Positions 28,601-45,300 of a DNA stretch of 64,000 nucleotides are shown one piece after another; within the stretch, counting starts at the first letter, position 1; each line of letters opens with the position of its first letter. A program made the position numbers and the translations under genes. The DNA lies in the NCBI RefSeq assembly GCF_009914755.1, contig NC_060925.1, one strand, 5' to 3'. The stretch is from the human T2T-CHM13v2.0 reference genome, Homo sapiens. The notes beneath the pieces were generated by a model that ran no database searches, was not told the DNA's origin, and saw nothing but the letters and a program-made list of their open reading frames with translations.

Positions 28601-31600
28601 GAATGGAAATGAAAGGAGTCATCATCTAATGGAATTGCATGGAATCATCATAAAATGGAATCGAATGGAATCAACATCAAATGGAATCAAATGGAATCAT
28701 TGAACGGAATTGAATGGAATCGTCATCGAATGAATTGACTGCAATCATCGAATGGTCTCGAATGGAATCATCTTCAAATGGAATGGAATGGAATCATCAC
28801 ATAGAATCGAATGGAATTATCATCGAATGGAATCGAATGGAATCAACATCAAACGGAAAAAAACGGAATTATCGAATGGAATCGAAGAGAATCATCGAAT
28901 GGACCCGAATGGAATCATCTAATGGAATGGAATGGAATAATCCATGGACTCGAATGCAATCATCATCGAATGGAATCGAATGGAATCATCGAATGGACTC
29001 GAATGGAATAATCATTGAACGGAATCGAATGGAATCATCATCGGATGGAAATGAATGGAATCATCATCGAATGGAATCGAATAGAATTATGGAATGAAAT
29101 CCAGTGTGATCATCATCGAATGGACCCGAATGGAATCATCATCCAACGGAAGCTAATGGAATCAACATCGAATGAATCGAATGGAAACACCATCGAATTG
29201 AAACGAATGGAATTATCATGAAATTGAAATGGATGGACTCATCATCGAATGGATTCGAATGGAATCATCGAATAAAATTGATTGAAATCATCATCCAATG
29301 GAATCGAATGGTATCATTGAATGGAATCGAATGGAATCATCATCAGATGGAAATGAATGGAATCGTCATAGAATGGAATCGAATGGATTCATTGAATGGA
29401 ATCAGATGGAATCATCGAATGGACTGGAATGGAATCATTGAATGGACTCGAAAGGGATCATGATTGAATGGAATTGAATGGAATCATCGAATGGTCTCGA
29501 TTGGAATCATTACCAAATGGAATCGAATGGAATCACCGAATAGAATCGAATGGAACAATCATCGAATGGACTCAAATGGAATTATCCTCCAATGGAATCG
29601 AATGGAATTATCGAATGCAATCGAATGGAATTATCGAATGCAATCGAATAGAATCATCGAAAGGACTCGAATGGAATCATCGAATGGAATGGAATGGAAC
29701 AGTCAATGAACTCGAATGGAATCATCATTGAATGGAATCGAATGGAATCATCGAGTGGAATCGAATGGAATTATGATCAAATGGAATCGAATGTAATCAT
29801 CATCAAATGGAATCAAAAATAACCATCATCAATTGGTATTGAATGGAATTGTCATCAAATGGAATTCAAAGGAATCATCATCAAATGGAACCGAATGGAA
29901 TCCTCATTGAATGGAAATGAAAGGGGTCATCATCTAATGGAATCGCATGGAATCATCATCAAATGGAATCGAATGGAATCATCATCAAATGGAATCTAAT
30001 GGAATCATTGAACAGAATTGAATGGAATCGTCATCGAATGAATTGAATGCAATCATCGAATGGTCTCGAATGGAATCATCTTCTAATGGAAAGGAATGGA
30101 ATCATCGCATAGAATCGAATGGAATTATCATCGAATGGAATCGAATGGTATCAACACCAAACGGAAAAAAACGGAATTATCGAATGGAATCGAAGAGAAT
30201 CTTCGAACGGACCCGAATGGAATCATCTAATTGAATGGAATGGAATAATCCATGGACTCGAATGCAATCATCATCGAATGGAATCGAATGGAATCATCGA
30301 ATGGACTCGAATGGAATAATCATTGAACGGAATCGAATGGAATCATCATCGGATGGAAACGAATGGAATCATCATCGAATGGAAATGAAAGGAGTCATCA
30401 TCTAATGGAATTGCATGGAATCATCATAAAATGGAATCGAATGGAATCAACATCAAATGGAATCAAATGGAATCATTGAACGGAATTGAATGGAATCGTC
30501 ATCGAATGAATTGACTGCAATCATCGAATGGTCTCGAATGGAATCATCTTCAAATGGAATGGAATGGAATCATCGCATAGAATCGAATGGAATTATCATC
30601 GAATGGAATCGAATGGAATCAACATCAAACGGAAAAAAACAGAATTATCGTATGGAATCGAAGAGAATCATCGAATGGACCCGAATGGAATCATCTAATG
30701 GAATGGAATGGAATAATCCATGGACTCGAATGCAATCATCATCGAATGGAATCGAATGGAATCATCGAATGGACTCGAATGGAATAATCATTGAACGGAA
30801 TCGAATGGAATCATCTTCGGATGGAAATGAATGGAATCATCATCGAATGGAATCGAATAGAATTATGGAATGAAATCCAGTGTGATCATCATCGAATGGA
30901 CCCGAATGGAATCATCATCCAACGGAAGCTAATGGAATCAACATCGAATGAATCGAATGGAAACACCATCGAATTGAAACGAATGGAATTATCATGAAAT
31001 TGAAATGGATGGACTCATCATCGAATGGATTCGAATGGAATCATCGAATAAAATTGATTGAAATCATCATCCAATGGAATCGAATGGTATCATTGAATGG
31101 AATCGAATGGAATCTTCATCAGATGGAAATGAATGGAATCGTCATAGAATGGAATAGAATGGATTCATTGAATGGAATCAGATGGAATCATCGAATGGAC
31201 TGGAATGGAATCATTGAATGGACTCGAAAGGGATCATTATTGAATGGAATTGAATGGAATCATCGAATGGTCTCGATTGGAATCATTATCAAATGGAATC
31301 GAATGGAATCACCGAACAGAATCGAATGGAACAATCATCGAATGGACTCAAATGGAATTATCCTCAAATGGAATCGAATGGAATTATCGAATGCAATCGA
31401 ATGGAATTATCGAATGCAATCGAATAGAATCATCGAATGGACTCGAATGGAATCATCGAATGGAATGGAATGGAACAGTCAATGAACTCGAATGGAATCA
31501 TCATTGAATGGAATCGAATGGAATCATCGAGTGGAATCAAATGGAATTATGATCAAATGGAATCGAATGTAATCATCATCAAATGGAATCAAAAATAACC

Positions 31601-34600
31601 ATCATCAATTGGTATTGAATGGAATTGTCATCAAATGGAATTCAAAGGAATCATCATCAAATGGAACCGAATGGAATCCTCATTGAATGGAAATGAAAGG
31701 GGTCATCATCTAATGGAATCGCATGGAATCATCATCAAATGGAATCGAATGGAATCATCATCAAATGGAATCTAATGGAATCATTGAACAGAATTGAATG
31801 GAATCGTCATCGAATGAATTGAATGCAATCATCGAATGGTCTCGAATGGAATCATCTTCTAATGGAAAGGAATGGAATCATCGCATAGAATCGAATGGAA
31901 TTATCATCGAATGGAATCGAATGGTATCAACACCAAACGGAAAAAAACGGAATTATCGAATGGAATCGAAGAGAATCTTCGAACGGACCCGAATGGAATC
32001 ATCTAATTGAATGGAATGGAATAATCCATGGACTCGAATGCAATCATCATCGAATGGAATCGAATGGAATCATCGAATGGACTCGAATGGAATAATCATT
32101 GAACGGAATCGAATGGAATCATCATCGGATGGAAACGAATGGAATCATCATCGAATGGAAATGAAAGGAGTCATCATCTAATGGAATTGCATGGAATCAT
32201 CATAAAATGGAATCGAATGGAATCAACATCAAATGGAATCAAATGGAATCATTGAACGGAATTGAATGGAATCGTCATCGAATGAATTGACTGCAATCAT
32301 CGAATGGTCTCGAATGGAATCATCTTCAAATGGAATGGAATGGAATCATCGCATAGAATCGAATGGAATTATCATCGAATGGAATCGAATGGAATCAACA
32401 TCAAACGGAAAAAAACGGAATTATCGAATGGAATCGAAGAGAATCATCGAATGGACCCGAATGGAATCATCTAATGGAATGGAATGGAATAATCCATGGA
32501 CTCGAATGCAATCATCATCGAATGGAATCGAATGGAATCATCGAATGGACTCGAATGGAATAATCATTGAACGGAATCGAATGGAATCATCTTCGGATGG
32601 AAATGAATGGAATCATCATCGAATGGAATCGAATAGAATTATGGAATGAAATCCAGTGTGATCATCATCGAATGGACCCGAATGGAATCATCATCCAACG
32701 GAAGCTAATGGAATCAACATCGAATGAATCGAATGGAAACACCATCGAATTGAAACGAATGGAATTATCATGAAATTGAAATGGATGGACTCATCATCGA
32801 ATGGATTCGAATGGAATCATCGAATAAAATTGATTGAAATCATCATCCAATGGAATCGAATGGTATCATTGAATGGAATCGAATGGAATCTTCATCAGAT
32901 GGAAATGAATGGAATCGTCATAGAATGGAATAGAATGGATTCATTGAATGGAATCAGATGGAATCATCGAATGGACTGGAATGGAATCATTGAATGGACT
33001 CGAAAGGGATCATTATTGAATGGAATTGAATGGAATCATCGAATGGTCTCGATTGGAATCATTATCAAATGGAATCGAATGGAATCACCGAACAGAATCG
33101 AATGGAACAATCATCGAATGGACTCAAATGGAATTATCCTCAAATGGAATCGAATGGAATTATCGAATGCAATCGAATGGAATTATCGAATGCAATCGAA
33201 TAGAATCATCGAATGGACTCGAATGGAATCATCGAATGGAATGGAATGGAACAGTCAATGAACTCGAATGGAATCATCATTGAATGGAATCGAATGGAAT
33301 CATCGAGTGGAATCAAATGGAATTATGATCAAATGGAATCGAATGTAATCATCATCAAATGGAATCAAAAATAACCATCATCAATTGGTATTGAATGGAA
33401 TTGTCATCAAATGGAATTCAAAGGAATCATCATCAAATGGAACCGAATGGAATCCTCATTGAATGGAAATGAAAGGGGTCATCATCTAATGGAATCGCAT
33501 GGAATCATCATCAAATGGAATCGAATGGAATCATCATCAAATGGAATCTAATGGAATCATTGAACAGAATTGAATGGAATCGTCATCGAATGAATTGAAT
33601 GCAATCATCGAATGGTCTCGAATGGAATCATCTTCTAATGGAAAGGAATGGAATCATCGCATAGAATCGAATGGAATTATCATCGAATGGAATCGAATGG
33701 TATCAACACCAAACGGAAAAAAACGGAATTATCGAATGGAATCGAAGAGAATCTTCGAACGGACCCGAATGGAATCATCTAATTGAATGGAATGGAATAA
33801 TCCATGGACTCGAATGCAATCATCATCGAATGGAATCGAATGGAATCATCGAATGGACTCGAATGGAATAATCATTGAACGGAATCGAATGGAATCATCA
33901 TCGGATGGAAACGAATGGAATCATCATCGAATGGAAATGAAAGGAGTCATCATCTAATGGAATTGCATGGAATCATCATAAAATGGAATCGAATGGAATC
34001 AACATCAAATGGAATCAAATGGAATCATTGAACGGAATTGAATGGAATCGTCATCGAATGAATTGACTGCAATCATCGAATGGTCTCGAATGGAATCATC
34101 TTCAAATGGAATGGAATGGAATCATCGCATAGAATCGAATGGAATTATCATCGAATGGAATCGAATGGAATCAACATCAAACGGAAAAAAACGGAATTAT
34201 CGAATGGAATCGAAGAGAATCATCGAATGGACCCGAATGGAATCATCTAATGGAATGGAATGGAATAATCCATGGACTCGAATGCAATCATCATCGAATG
34301 GAATCGAATGGAATCATCGAATGGACTCGAATGGAATAATCATTGAACGGAATCGAATGGAATCATCATCGGATGGAAATGAATGGAATCATCATCGAAT
34401 GGAATCGAATAGAATTATGGAATGAAATCCAGTGTGATCATCATCGAATGGACCCGAATGGAATCATCATCCAACGGAAGCTAATGGAATCAACATCGAA
34501 TGAATCGAATGGAAACACCATCGAATTGAAACGAATGGAATTATCATGAAATTGAAATGGATGGACTCATCATCGAATGGATTCGAATGGAATCATCGAA

Positions 34601-36321
34601 TAAAATTGATTGAAATCATCATCCAATGGAATCGAATGGTATCATTGAATGGAATCGAATGGAATCATCATCAGATGGAAATGAATGGAATCGTCATAGA
34701 ATGGAATCGAATGGATTCATTGAATGGAATCAGATGGAATCATCGAATGGACTGGAATGGAATCATTGAATGGACTCGAAAGGGATCATGATTGAATGGA
34801 ATTGAATGGAATCATCGAATGGTCTCGATTGGAATCATTATCAAATGGAATCGAATGGAATCACCGAATAGAATCGAATGGAACAATCATCGAATGGACT
34901 CAAATGGAATTATCCTCAAATGGAATCGAATGGAATTATCGAATGCAATCGAATGGAATTATCGATTGCAATCGAATAGAATCATCGAATGGACTCGAAT
35001 GGAATCATCGAATGGAATGGAATGGAACAGTCAATGAACTCGAAAGGAATCATCATTGAATGGAATCGAATGGAATCATCGAGTGGAATCGAATGGAATT
35101 ATGATCAAATGGAATCGAATGTAATCATCATCAAATGGAATCAAAAATAACCATCATCAATTGGTATTGAATGGAATTGTCATCAAATGGAATTCAAAGG
35201 AATCATCATCAAATGGAACCGAATGGAATCCTCATTGAATGGAAATGAAAGGGGTCATCATCTAATGGAATCGCATGGAATCATCATCAAATGGAATCGA
35301 ATGGAATCATCATCAAATGGAATCTAATGGAATCATTGAACAGAATTGAATGGAATCGTCATCGAATGAATTGAATGCAATCATCGAATGGTCTCGAATG
35401 GAATCATCTTCTAATGGAAAGGAATGGAATCCTCGCATAGAATCGAATGGAATTATCATCCAATGGAATCGAATGGTATCAACACCAAACGGAAAAAAAC
35501 GGAATTATCGAATGGAATCGAAGAGAATCTTCGAACGGACCCGAATGGAATCATCTAATGGAATGGAATGGAATAATCCATGGACTCGAATGCAATCATC
35601 ATCGAATGGAATCGAATGGAATCATCGAATGGACTCGAATGGAATAATCATTGAACGGAATCGATTGGAATCATCATCGGATGGAAACGAATGGAATCAT
35701 CATCGAATGGAAATGAAAGGAGTCATCATCTAATGGAATTGCATGGAATCATCATAAAATGGAATCGAATGGAATCATCATCAATTGGAATCAAATGGAA
35801 TCATTGAACGGAATTGAATGGAATTGTCATCGAATGAATTGACTGCAATCATCCAATGGTCTCGAATGGAATCATCTTCAAATGGAATGGAATGGAATCA
35901 TCGCATAGAATCGAATGGAATTATCATCGAATGGAATCGAATGGAATCAACATCAAACGGAAAAAAACGGAATTATCGAATGGAATCGAAGAGAATCATC
36001 GAATGGACCCGAATGGAATCATCTAATGGAATGGAATGGAATAATCCATGGACTCGAATGCAATCATCATCGAATGGAATCGAATGGAATCATCGAATGG
36101 ACTCGAATGGAATAATCATTGAACGGAATCGAATGGAATCATCATCAGATGGAAATGAATGGAATCATCATCGAATGGAATCGAATAGAATTATGGAATG
36201 AAATCCAGTGTGATCATCATCGAATGGACCCGAATGGAATCATCATCCAACGGAAGCTAATGGAATCAACATCCAATGAATCGAATGGAAACACCATCGA
36301 ATTGAAACGAATGGAATTATC

Positions 36322-39300
36322 ATGAAATTGAAATGGATGGACTCATCATCGAATGGATTCGAATGGAATCATCGAATAAAATTGATTGAAATCATCATCC
36401 AATGGAATCGAATGGTATCATTGAATGGAATCGAATGGAATCATCATCAGATGGAAATGAATGGAATCGTCATAGAATGGAATCGAATGGATTCATTGAA
36501 TGGAATCAGATGGAATCATCGAATGGACTGGAATGGAATCATTGAATGGACTCGAAAGGGATCATGATTGAATGGAATTTAATGGAATCATCGAATGGTC
36601 TCGATTGGAATCATTATCAAATGGAATCGAATGGAATCACCGAATAGAATCGAATGGAACAATCATCGAATGGACTCAAATGGAATTATCCTCAAATGGA
36701 ATCGAATGGAATTATCGAATGCAATCGAATGGAATTATCGAATGCAATCGAATAGAATCATCGAATGGACTCGAATGGAATCATCGAATGGAATGGAATG
36801 GAACAGTCAATGAACTCGAATGGAATCATCATTGAATGGAATCGAATGGAATCATCGAGTGGAATCGAATGGAATTATGATCAAATGGAATCGAATGTTA
36901 TCATCATCAAATGGAATCAAAAATAACCATCATCAATTGGTATTGAATGGAATTGTCATCAAATGGAATTCAAAGGAATCATCATCAAATGGAACCGAAT
37001 GGAATCCTCATTGAATGGAAATGAAAGGGGTCATCATCTAATGGAATCGCATGGAATCATCATCAAATGGAATCGAATGGAATCATCATCAAATGGAATC
37101 TAATGGAATCATTGAACAGAATTGAATGGAATCGTCATCGAATGAATTGAATGCAATCATCGAATGGTCTCGAATGGAATCATCTTCTAATGGAAAGGAA
37201 TGGAATCATCGCATAGAATCGAATGGAATTATCATCGAATGGAATCGAATGGTATCAACACCAAACGGAAAAAAACGGAATTATCGAATGGAATCGAAGA
37301 GAATCTTCGAACGGACCCGAATGGAATCATCTAATGGAATGGAATGGAATAATCCATGGACTCGAATGCAATCAAAATCGAATGGAATCGAATGGAATCA
37401 TCGAATGGACTCGAATGGAATAATCATTGAACGGAATCGAATGGAATCATCATCGGATGGAAACGAATGGAATCATCATCGAATGGAAATGAAAGGAGTC
37501 ATCATCTAATGGAATTGCATGGAATCATCATAAAATGGAATCGAATGGAATCAACATCAAATGGAATCAAATGGAATCATTGAACGGAATTGAATGGAAT
37601 CGTCATCGAATGAATTGACTGCAATCATCCAATGGTCTCGAATGGAATCATCTTCAAATGGAATGGAATGGAATCATCGCATAGAATCGAATGGAATTAT
37701 CATCGAATGGAATCGAATGGAATCAACATCAAACGGAAAAAAACGGAATTATCGAATGGAATCGAAGAGAATCATCGAATGGACCCGAATGGAATCATCT
37801 AATGGAATGGAATGGAATAATCCATGGACTCGAATGCAATCATCATCGAATGGAATCAAATGGAATCATCGAATGGACTCGAATGTAATAATCATTGAAC
37901 GGAATCGAATGGAATCATCATCGGATGGAAATGAATGGAATCATCATCGAATGGAATCGAATAGAATTATGGAATGAAATCCAGTGTGATCATCATCGAA
38001 TGGACCCGAATGGAATCATCATCCAACGGAAGCTAATGGAATCAACATCGAATGAATCGAATGGAAACACCATCGAATTGAAACGAATGGAATTATCATG
38101 AAATTGAAATGGATGGACTCATCATCGAATGGATTCGAATGGAATCATCGAATAAAATTGATTGAAATCATCATCCAATGGAATCGAATGGTATCATTGA
38201 ATGGAATCGAATGGAATCATCATCAGATGGAAATGAATGGAATCGTCATAGAATGGAATCGAATGGATTCATTGAATGGAATCAGATGGAATCATCGAAT
38301 GGACTGGAATGGAATCATTGAATGGACTCGAAAGGGATCATGATTGAATGGAATTGAATGGAATCATCGAATGGTCTCGATTGGAATCATTATCAAATGG
38401 AATCGAATGGAATCACCGAATAGAATCGAATGGAACAATCATCGAATGGACTCAAATGGAATTATCCTCCAATGGAATCGAATGGAATTATCGAATGCAA
38501 TCGAATGGAATTATCGAATGCAATCGAATAGAATCATCGAATGGACTCGAATGGAATCATCGAATGGAATGGAATGGAACAGTCAATGAACTCGAATGGA
38601 ATCATCATTGAATGGAATCGAATGGAATCATCGAGTGGAATCGAATGGAATTATGATCAAATGGAATGGAATGTAATCATCATCAAATGGAATCAAAAAT
38701 AACCATCATCAATTGGTATTGAATGGAATTGTCATCAAATGGAATTCAAAGGAATCATCATCAAATGGAACCGAATGGAATCCTCATTGAATGGAAATGA
38801 AAGGGGTCATCATCTAATGGAATCGCATGGAATCATCATCAAATGGAATCGAATGGAATCATCATCAAATGGAATCTAATGGAATCATTGAACAGAATTG
38901 AATGGAATCGTCATCGAATGAATTGAATGCAATCATCGAATGGTCTCGAATGGAATCATCTTCTAATGGAAAGGAATGGAATCATCGCATAGAATCGAAT
39001 GGAATTATCATCGAATGGAATCGAATGGTATCAACACCAAACGGAAAAAAACGGAATTATCGAATGGAATCGAAGAGAATCTTCGAACGGACCCGAATGG
39101 AATCATCTAATGGAATGGAATGGAATAATCCATGGACTCGAATGCAATCATCATCGAATGGAATCGAATGGAATCATCGAATGGACTCGAATGGAATAAT
39201 CATTGAACGGAATCGAATGGAATCATCATCGGATGGAAACGAATGGAATCATCATCGAATGGAAATGAAAGGAGTCATCATCTAATGGAATTGCATGGAA

Positions 39301-42300
39301 TCATCATAAAATGGAATCGAATGGAATCAACATCAAATGGAATCAAATGGAATCATTGAACGGAATTGAATGGAATCGTCATCGAATGAATTGACTGCAA
39401 TCATCCAATGGTCTCGAATGGAATCATCTTCAAATGGAATGGAATGGAATCATCGCATAGAATCGAATGGAATTATCATCGAATGGAATCGAATGGAATC
39501 AACATCCAACGGAAAAAAACGGAATTATAGAATGGAATCGAAGAGAATCATCGAATGGACCCGAATGGAATCATCTAATGGAATGGAATGGAATAATCCA
39601 TGGACTCGAATGCAATCATCATCGAATGGAATCGAATGGAATCATCGAATGGACTCGAATGGAATAATCATTGAACGGAATCGAATGGAATCATCATCGG
39701 ATGGAAATGAATGGAATCATCATCGAATGGAATCGAATAGAATTATGGAATGAAATCCAGTGTGATCATCATCGAATGGACCCGAATGGAATCATCATCC
39801 AACGGAAGCTAATGGAATCAACATCGAATGAATCCAATGGAAACACCATCGAATTGAAACGAATGGAATTATCATGAAATTGAAATGGATGGACTCATCA
39901 TCGAATGGATTCGAATGGAATCATCGAATAAAATTGATTGAAATCATCATCGAATGGAATCGAATGGTATCATTGAATGGAATCGAATGGAATCATCATC
40001 AGATGGAAATGAATGGAATCGTCATAGAATGGAATCGAATGGATTCATTGAATGGAATCAGATGGAATCATCGAATGGACTGGAATGGAATCATTGAATG
40101 GACTCGAAAGGGATCATGATTGAATGGAATTTAATGGAATCATCGAATGGTCTCGATTGGAATCATTATCAAATGGAATCGAATGGAATCACCGAATAGA
40201 ATCGAATGGAACAATCATCGAATGGACTCAAATGGAATTATCCTCAAATGGAATCGAATGGAATTATCGAATGCAATCGAATGGATTTATCGAATGCAAT
40301 CGAATAGAATCATCGAATGGACTCGAATGGAATCATCGAATGGAATGGAATGGAACAGTCAATGAACTCGAATGGAATCATCATTGAATGGAATCGAATG
40401 GAATCATCGAGTGGAATCGAATGGAATTATGATCAAATGGAATCGAATGTTATCATCATCAAATGGAATCAAAAATAACCATCATCAATTGGTATTGAAT
40501 GGAATTGTCATCAAATGGAATTCAAAGGAATCATCATCAAATGGAACCGAATGGAATCCTCATTGAATGGAGATGAAAGGGGTCATCATCTAATGGAATC
40601 GCATGGAATCATCATCAAATGGAATCGAATGGAATCATCATCAAATGGAATCTAATGGAATCATTGAACAGAATTGAATGGAATCGTCATCGAATGAATT
40701 GAATGCAATCATCGAATGGTCTCGAATGGAATCATCTTCTAATGGAAAGGAATGGAATCATCGCATAGAATCGAATGGAATTATCATCGAATGGAATCGA
40801 ATGGTATCAACACCAAACGGAAAAAAACGGAATTATCGAATGGAATCGAAGAGAATCTTCGAACGGACCCGAATGGAATCATCTAATGGAATGGAATGGA
40901 ATAATCCATGGACTCGAATGCAATCAAAATCGAATGGAATCGAATGGAATCATCGAATGGACTCGAATGGAATAATCATTGAACGGAATCGAATGGAATC
41001 ATCATCGGATGGAAACGAATGGAATCATCATCGAATGGAAATGAAAGGAGTCATCATCTAATGGAATTGCATGGAATCATCATAAAATGGAATCGAATGG
41101 AATCAACATCAAATGGAATCAAATGGAATCATTGAACGGAATTGAATGGAATCGTCATCGAATGAATTGACTGCAATCATCCAATGGTCTCGAATGGAAT
41201 CATCTTCAAATGGAATGGAATGGAATCATCGCATAGAATCGAATGGAATTATCATCGAATGGAATCGAATGGAATCAACATCAAACGGAAAAAAACGGAA
41301 TTATCGAATGGAATCGAAGAGAATCATCGAATGGACCCGAATGGAATCATCTAATGGAATGGAATGGAATAATCCATGGACTCGAATGCAATCATCATCG
41401 AATGGAATCAAATGGAATCATCGAATGGACTCGAATGTAATAATCATTGAACGGAATCGAATGGAATCATCATCGGATGGAAATGAATGGAATCATCATC
41501 GAATGGAATCGAATAGAATTATGGAATGAAATCCAGTGTGATCATCATCGAATGGACCCGAATGGAATCATCATCCAACGGAAGCTAATGGAATCAACAT
41601 CGAATGAATCGAATGGAAACACCATCGAATTGAAACGAATGGAATTATCATGAAATTGAAATGGATGGACTCATCATCGAATGGATTCGAATGGAATCAT
41701 CGAATAAAATTGATTGAAATCATCATCCAATGGAATCGAATGGTATCATTGAATGGAATCGAATGGAATCATCATCAGATGGAAATGAATGGAATCGTCA
41801 TAGAATGGAATCGAATGGATTCATTGAATGGAATCAGATGGAATCATCGAATGGACTGGAATGGAATCATTGAATGGACTCGAAAGGGATCATGATTGAA
41901 TGGAATTGAATGGAATCATCGAATGGTCTCGATTGGAATCATTATCAAATGGAATCGAATGGAATCACCGAATAGAATCGAATGGAACAATCATCGAATG
42001 GACTCAAATGGAATTATCCTCCAATGGAATCGAATGGAATTATCGAATGCAATCGAATGGAATTATCGAATGCAATCGAATAGAATCATCGAATGGACTC
42101 GAATGGAATCATCGAATGGAATGGAATGGAACAGTCAATGAACTCGAATGGAATCATCATTGAATGGAATCGAATGGAATCATCGAGTGGAATCGAATGG
42201 AATTATGATCAAATGGAATGGAATGTAATCATCATCAAATGGAATCAAAAATAACCATCATCAATTGGTATTGAATGGAATTGTCATCAAATGGAATTCA

Positions 42301-45300
42301 AAGGAATCATCATCAAATGGAACCGAATGGAATCCTCATTGAATGGAAATGAAAGGGGTCATCATCTAATGGAATCGCATGGAATCATCATCAAATGGAA
42401 TCGAATGGAATCATCATCAAATGGAATCTAATGGAATCATTGAACAGAATTGAATGGAATCGTCATCGAATGAATTGAATGCAATCATCGAATGGTCTCG
42501 AATGGACTCATCTTCTAATGGAAAGGAATGGAATCATCGCATAGAATCGAATGGAATTATCATCGAATGGAATCGAATGGTATCAACACCAAACGGAAAA
42601 AAACGGAATTATCGAATGGAATCGAAGAGAATCTTCGAACGGACCCGAATGGAATCATCTAATGGAATGGAATGGAATAATCCATGGACTCGAATGCAAT
42701 CATCATCGAATGGAATCGAATGGAATCATCGAATGGACTCGAATGGAATAATCATTGAACGGAATCGAATGGAATCATCATCGGATGGAAACGAATGGAA
42801 TCATCATCGAATGGAAATGAAAGGAGTCATCATCTAATGGAATTGCATGGAATCATCATAAAATGGAATCGAATGGAATCAACATCAAATGGAATCAAAT
42901 GGAATCATTGAACGGAATTGAATGGAATCGTCATCGAATGAATTGACTGCAATCATCCAATGGTCTCGAATGGAATCATCTTCAAATGGAATGGAATGGA
43001 ATCATCGCATAGAATCGAATGGAATTATCATCGAATGGAATCGAATGGAATCAACATCCAACGGAAAAAAACGGAATTATAGAATGGAATCGAAGAGAAT
43101 CATCGAATGGACCCGAATGGAATCATCTAATGGAATGGAATGGAATAATCCATGGACTCGAATGCAATCATCATCGAATGGAATCGAATGGAATCATCGA
43201 ATGGACTCGAATGGAATAATCATTGAACGGAATCGAATGGAATCATCATCGGATGGAAATGAATGGAATCATCATCGAATGGAATCGAATAGAATTATGG
43301 AATGAAATCCAGTGTGATCATCATCGAATGGACCCGAATGGAATCATCATCCAACGGAAGCTAATGGAATCAACATCGAATGAATCCAATGGAAACACCA
43401 TCGAATTGAAACGAATGGAATTATCATGAAATTGAAATGGATGGACTCATCATCGAATGGATTCGAATGGAATCATCGAATAAAATTGATTGAAATCATC
43501 ATCGAATGGAATCGAATGGTATCATTGAATGGAATCGAATGGAATCATCATCAGATGGAAATGAATGGAATCGTCATAGAATGGAATCGAATGGATTCAT
43601 TGAATGGAATCAGATGGAATCATCGAATGGACTGGAATGGAATCATTGAATGGACTCGAAAGGGATCATGATTGAATGGAATTTAATGGAATCATCGAAT
43701 GGTCTCGATTGGAATCATTATCAAATGGAATCGAATGGAATCACCGAATAGAATCGAATGGAACAATCATCGAATGGACTCAAATGGAATTATCCTCCAA
43801 TGGAATCGAATGGAATTATCGAATGCAATCGAATGGATTTATCGAATGCAATCGAATAGAATCATCGAATGGACTCGAATGGAATCATCGAATGGAATGG
43901 AATGGAACAGTCAATGAACTCGAATGGAATCATCATTGAATGGAATCGAATGGAATCATCGAGTGGAATCGAATGGAATTATGATCAAATGGAATCGAAT
44001 GTTATCCTCATCAAATGGAATCAAAAATAACCATCATCAATTGGTATTGAATGGAATTGTCATCAAATGGAATTCAAAGGAATCATCATCAAATGGAACC
44101 GAATGGAATCCTCATTGAATGGAAATGAAAGGGGTCATCATCTAATGGAATCGCATGGAATCATCATCAAATGGAATCGAATGGAATCATCATCAAATGG
44201 AATCTAATGGAATCATTGAACAGAATTGAATGGAATCGTCATCGAATGAATTGAATGCAATCATCGAATGGTCTCGAATGGAATCATCTTCTAATGGAAA
44301 GGAATGGAATCATCGCATAGAATCGAATGGAATTATCATCGAATGGAATCGAATGGTATCAACACCAAACGGAAAAAAACGGAATTATCGAATGGAATCG
44401 AAGAGAATCTTCGAACGGACCCGAATGGAATCATCTAATGGAATGGAATGGAATAATCCATGGACTCGAATGCAATCAAAATCGAATGGAATCGAATGGA
44501 ATCATCGAATGGACTCGAATGGAATAATCATTGAACGGAATCGAATGGAATCATCATCGGATGGAAACGAATGGAATCATCATCGAATGGAAATGAAAGG
44601 AGTCATCATCTAATGGAATTGCATGGAATCATCATAAAATGGAATCGAATGGAATCAACATCAAATGGAATCAAATGGAATCATTGAACGGAATTGAATG
44701 GAATCGTCATGGAATGAATTGACTGCAATCATCCAATGGTCTCGAATGGAATCATCTTCAAATGGAATGGAATGGAATCATCGCATAGAATCGAATGGAA
44801 TTATCATCGAATGGAATCGAATGGAATCAACATCAAACGGAAAAAAACGGAATTATCGAATGGAATCGAAGAGAATCATCGAATGGACCCGAATGGAATC
44901 ATCTAATGGAATGGAATGGAATAATCCATGGACTCGAATGCAATCATCATCGAATGGAATCAAATGGAATCATCGAATGGACTCGAATGTAATAATCATT
45001 GAACGGAATCGAATGGAATCGACATCGGATGGAAATGAATGGAATCATCATCGAATGGAATCGAATAGAATTATGGAATGAAATCCAGTGTGATCATCAT
45101 CGAATGGACCCGAATGGAATCATCATCCAACGGAAGCTAATGGAATCAACATCGAATGAATCGAATGGAAACACCATCGAATTGAAACGAATGGAATTAT
45201 CATGAAATTGAAATGGATGGACTCATCATCGAATGGATTCGAATGGAATCATCGAATAAAATTGATTGAAATCATCATCCAATGGAATCGAATGGTATCA

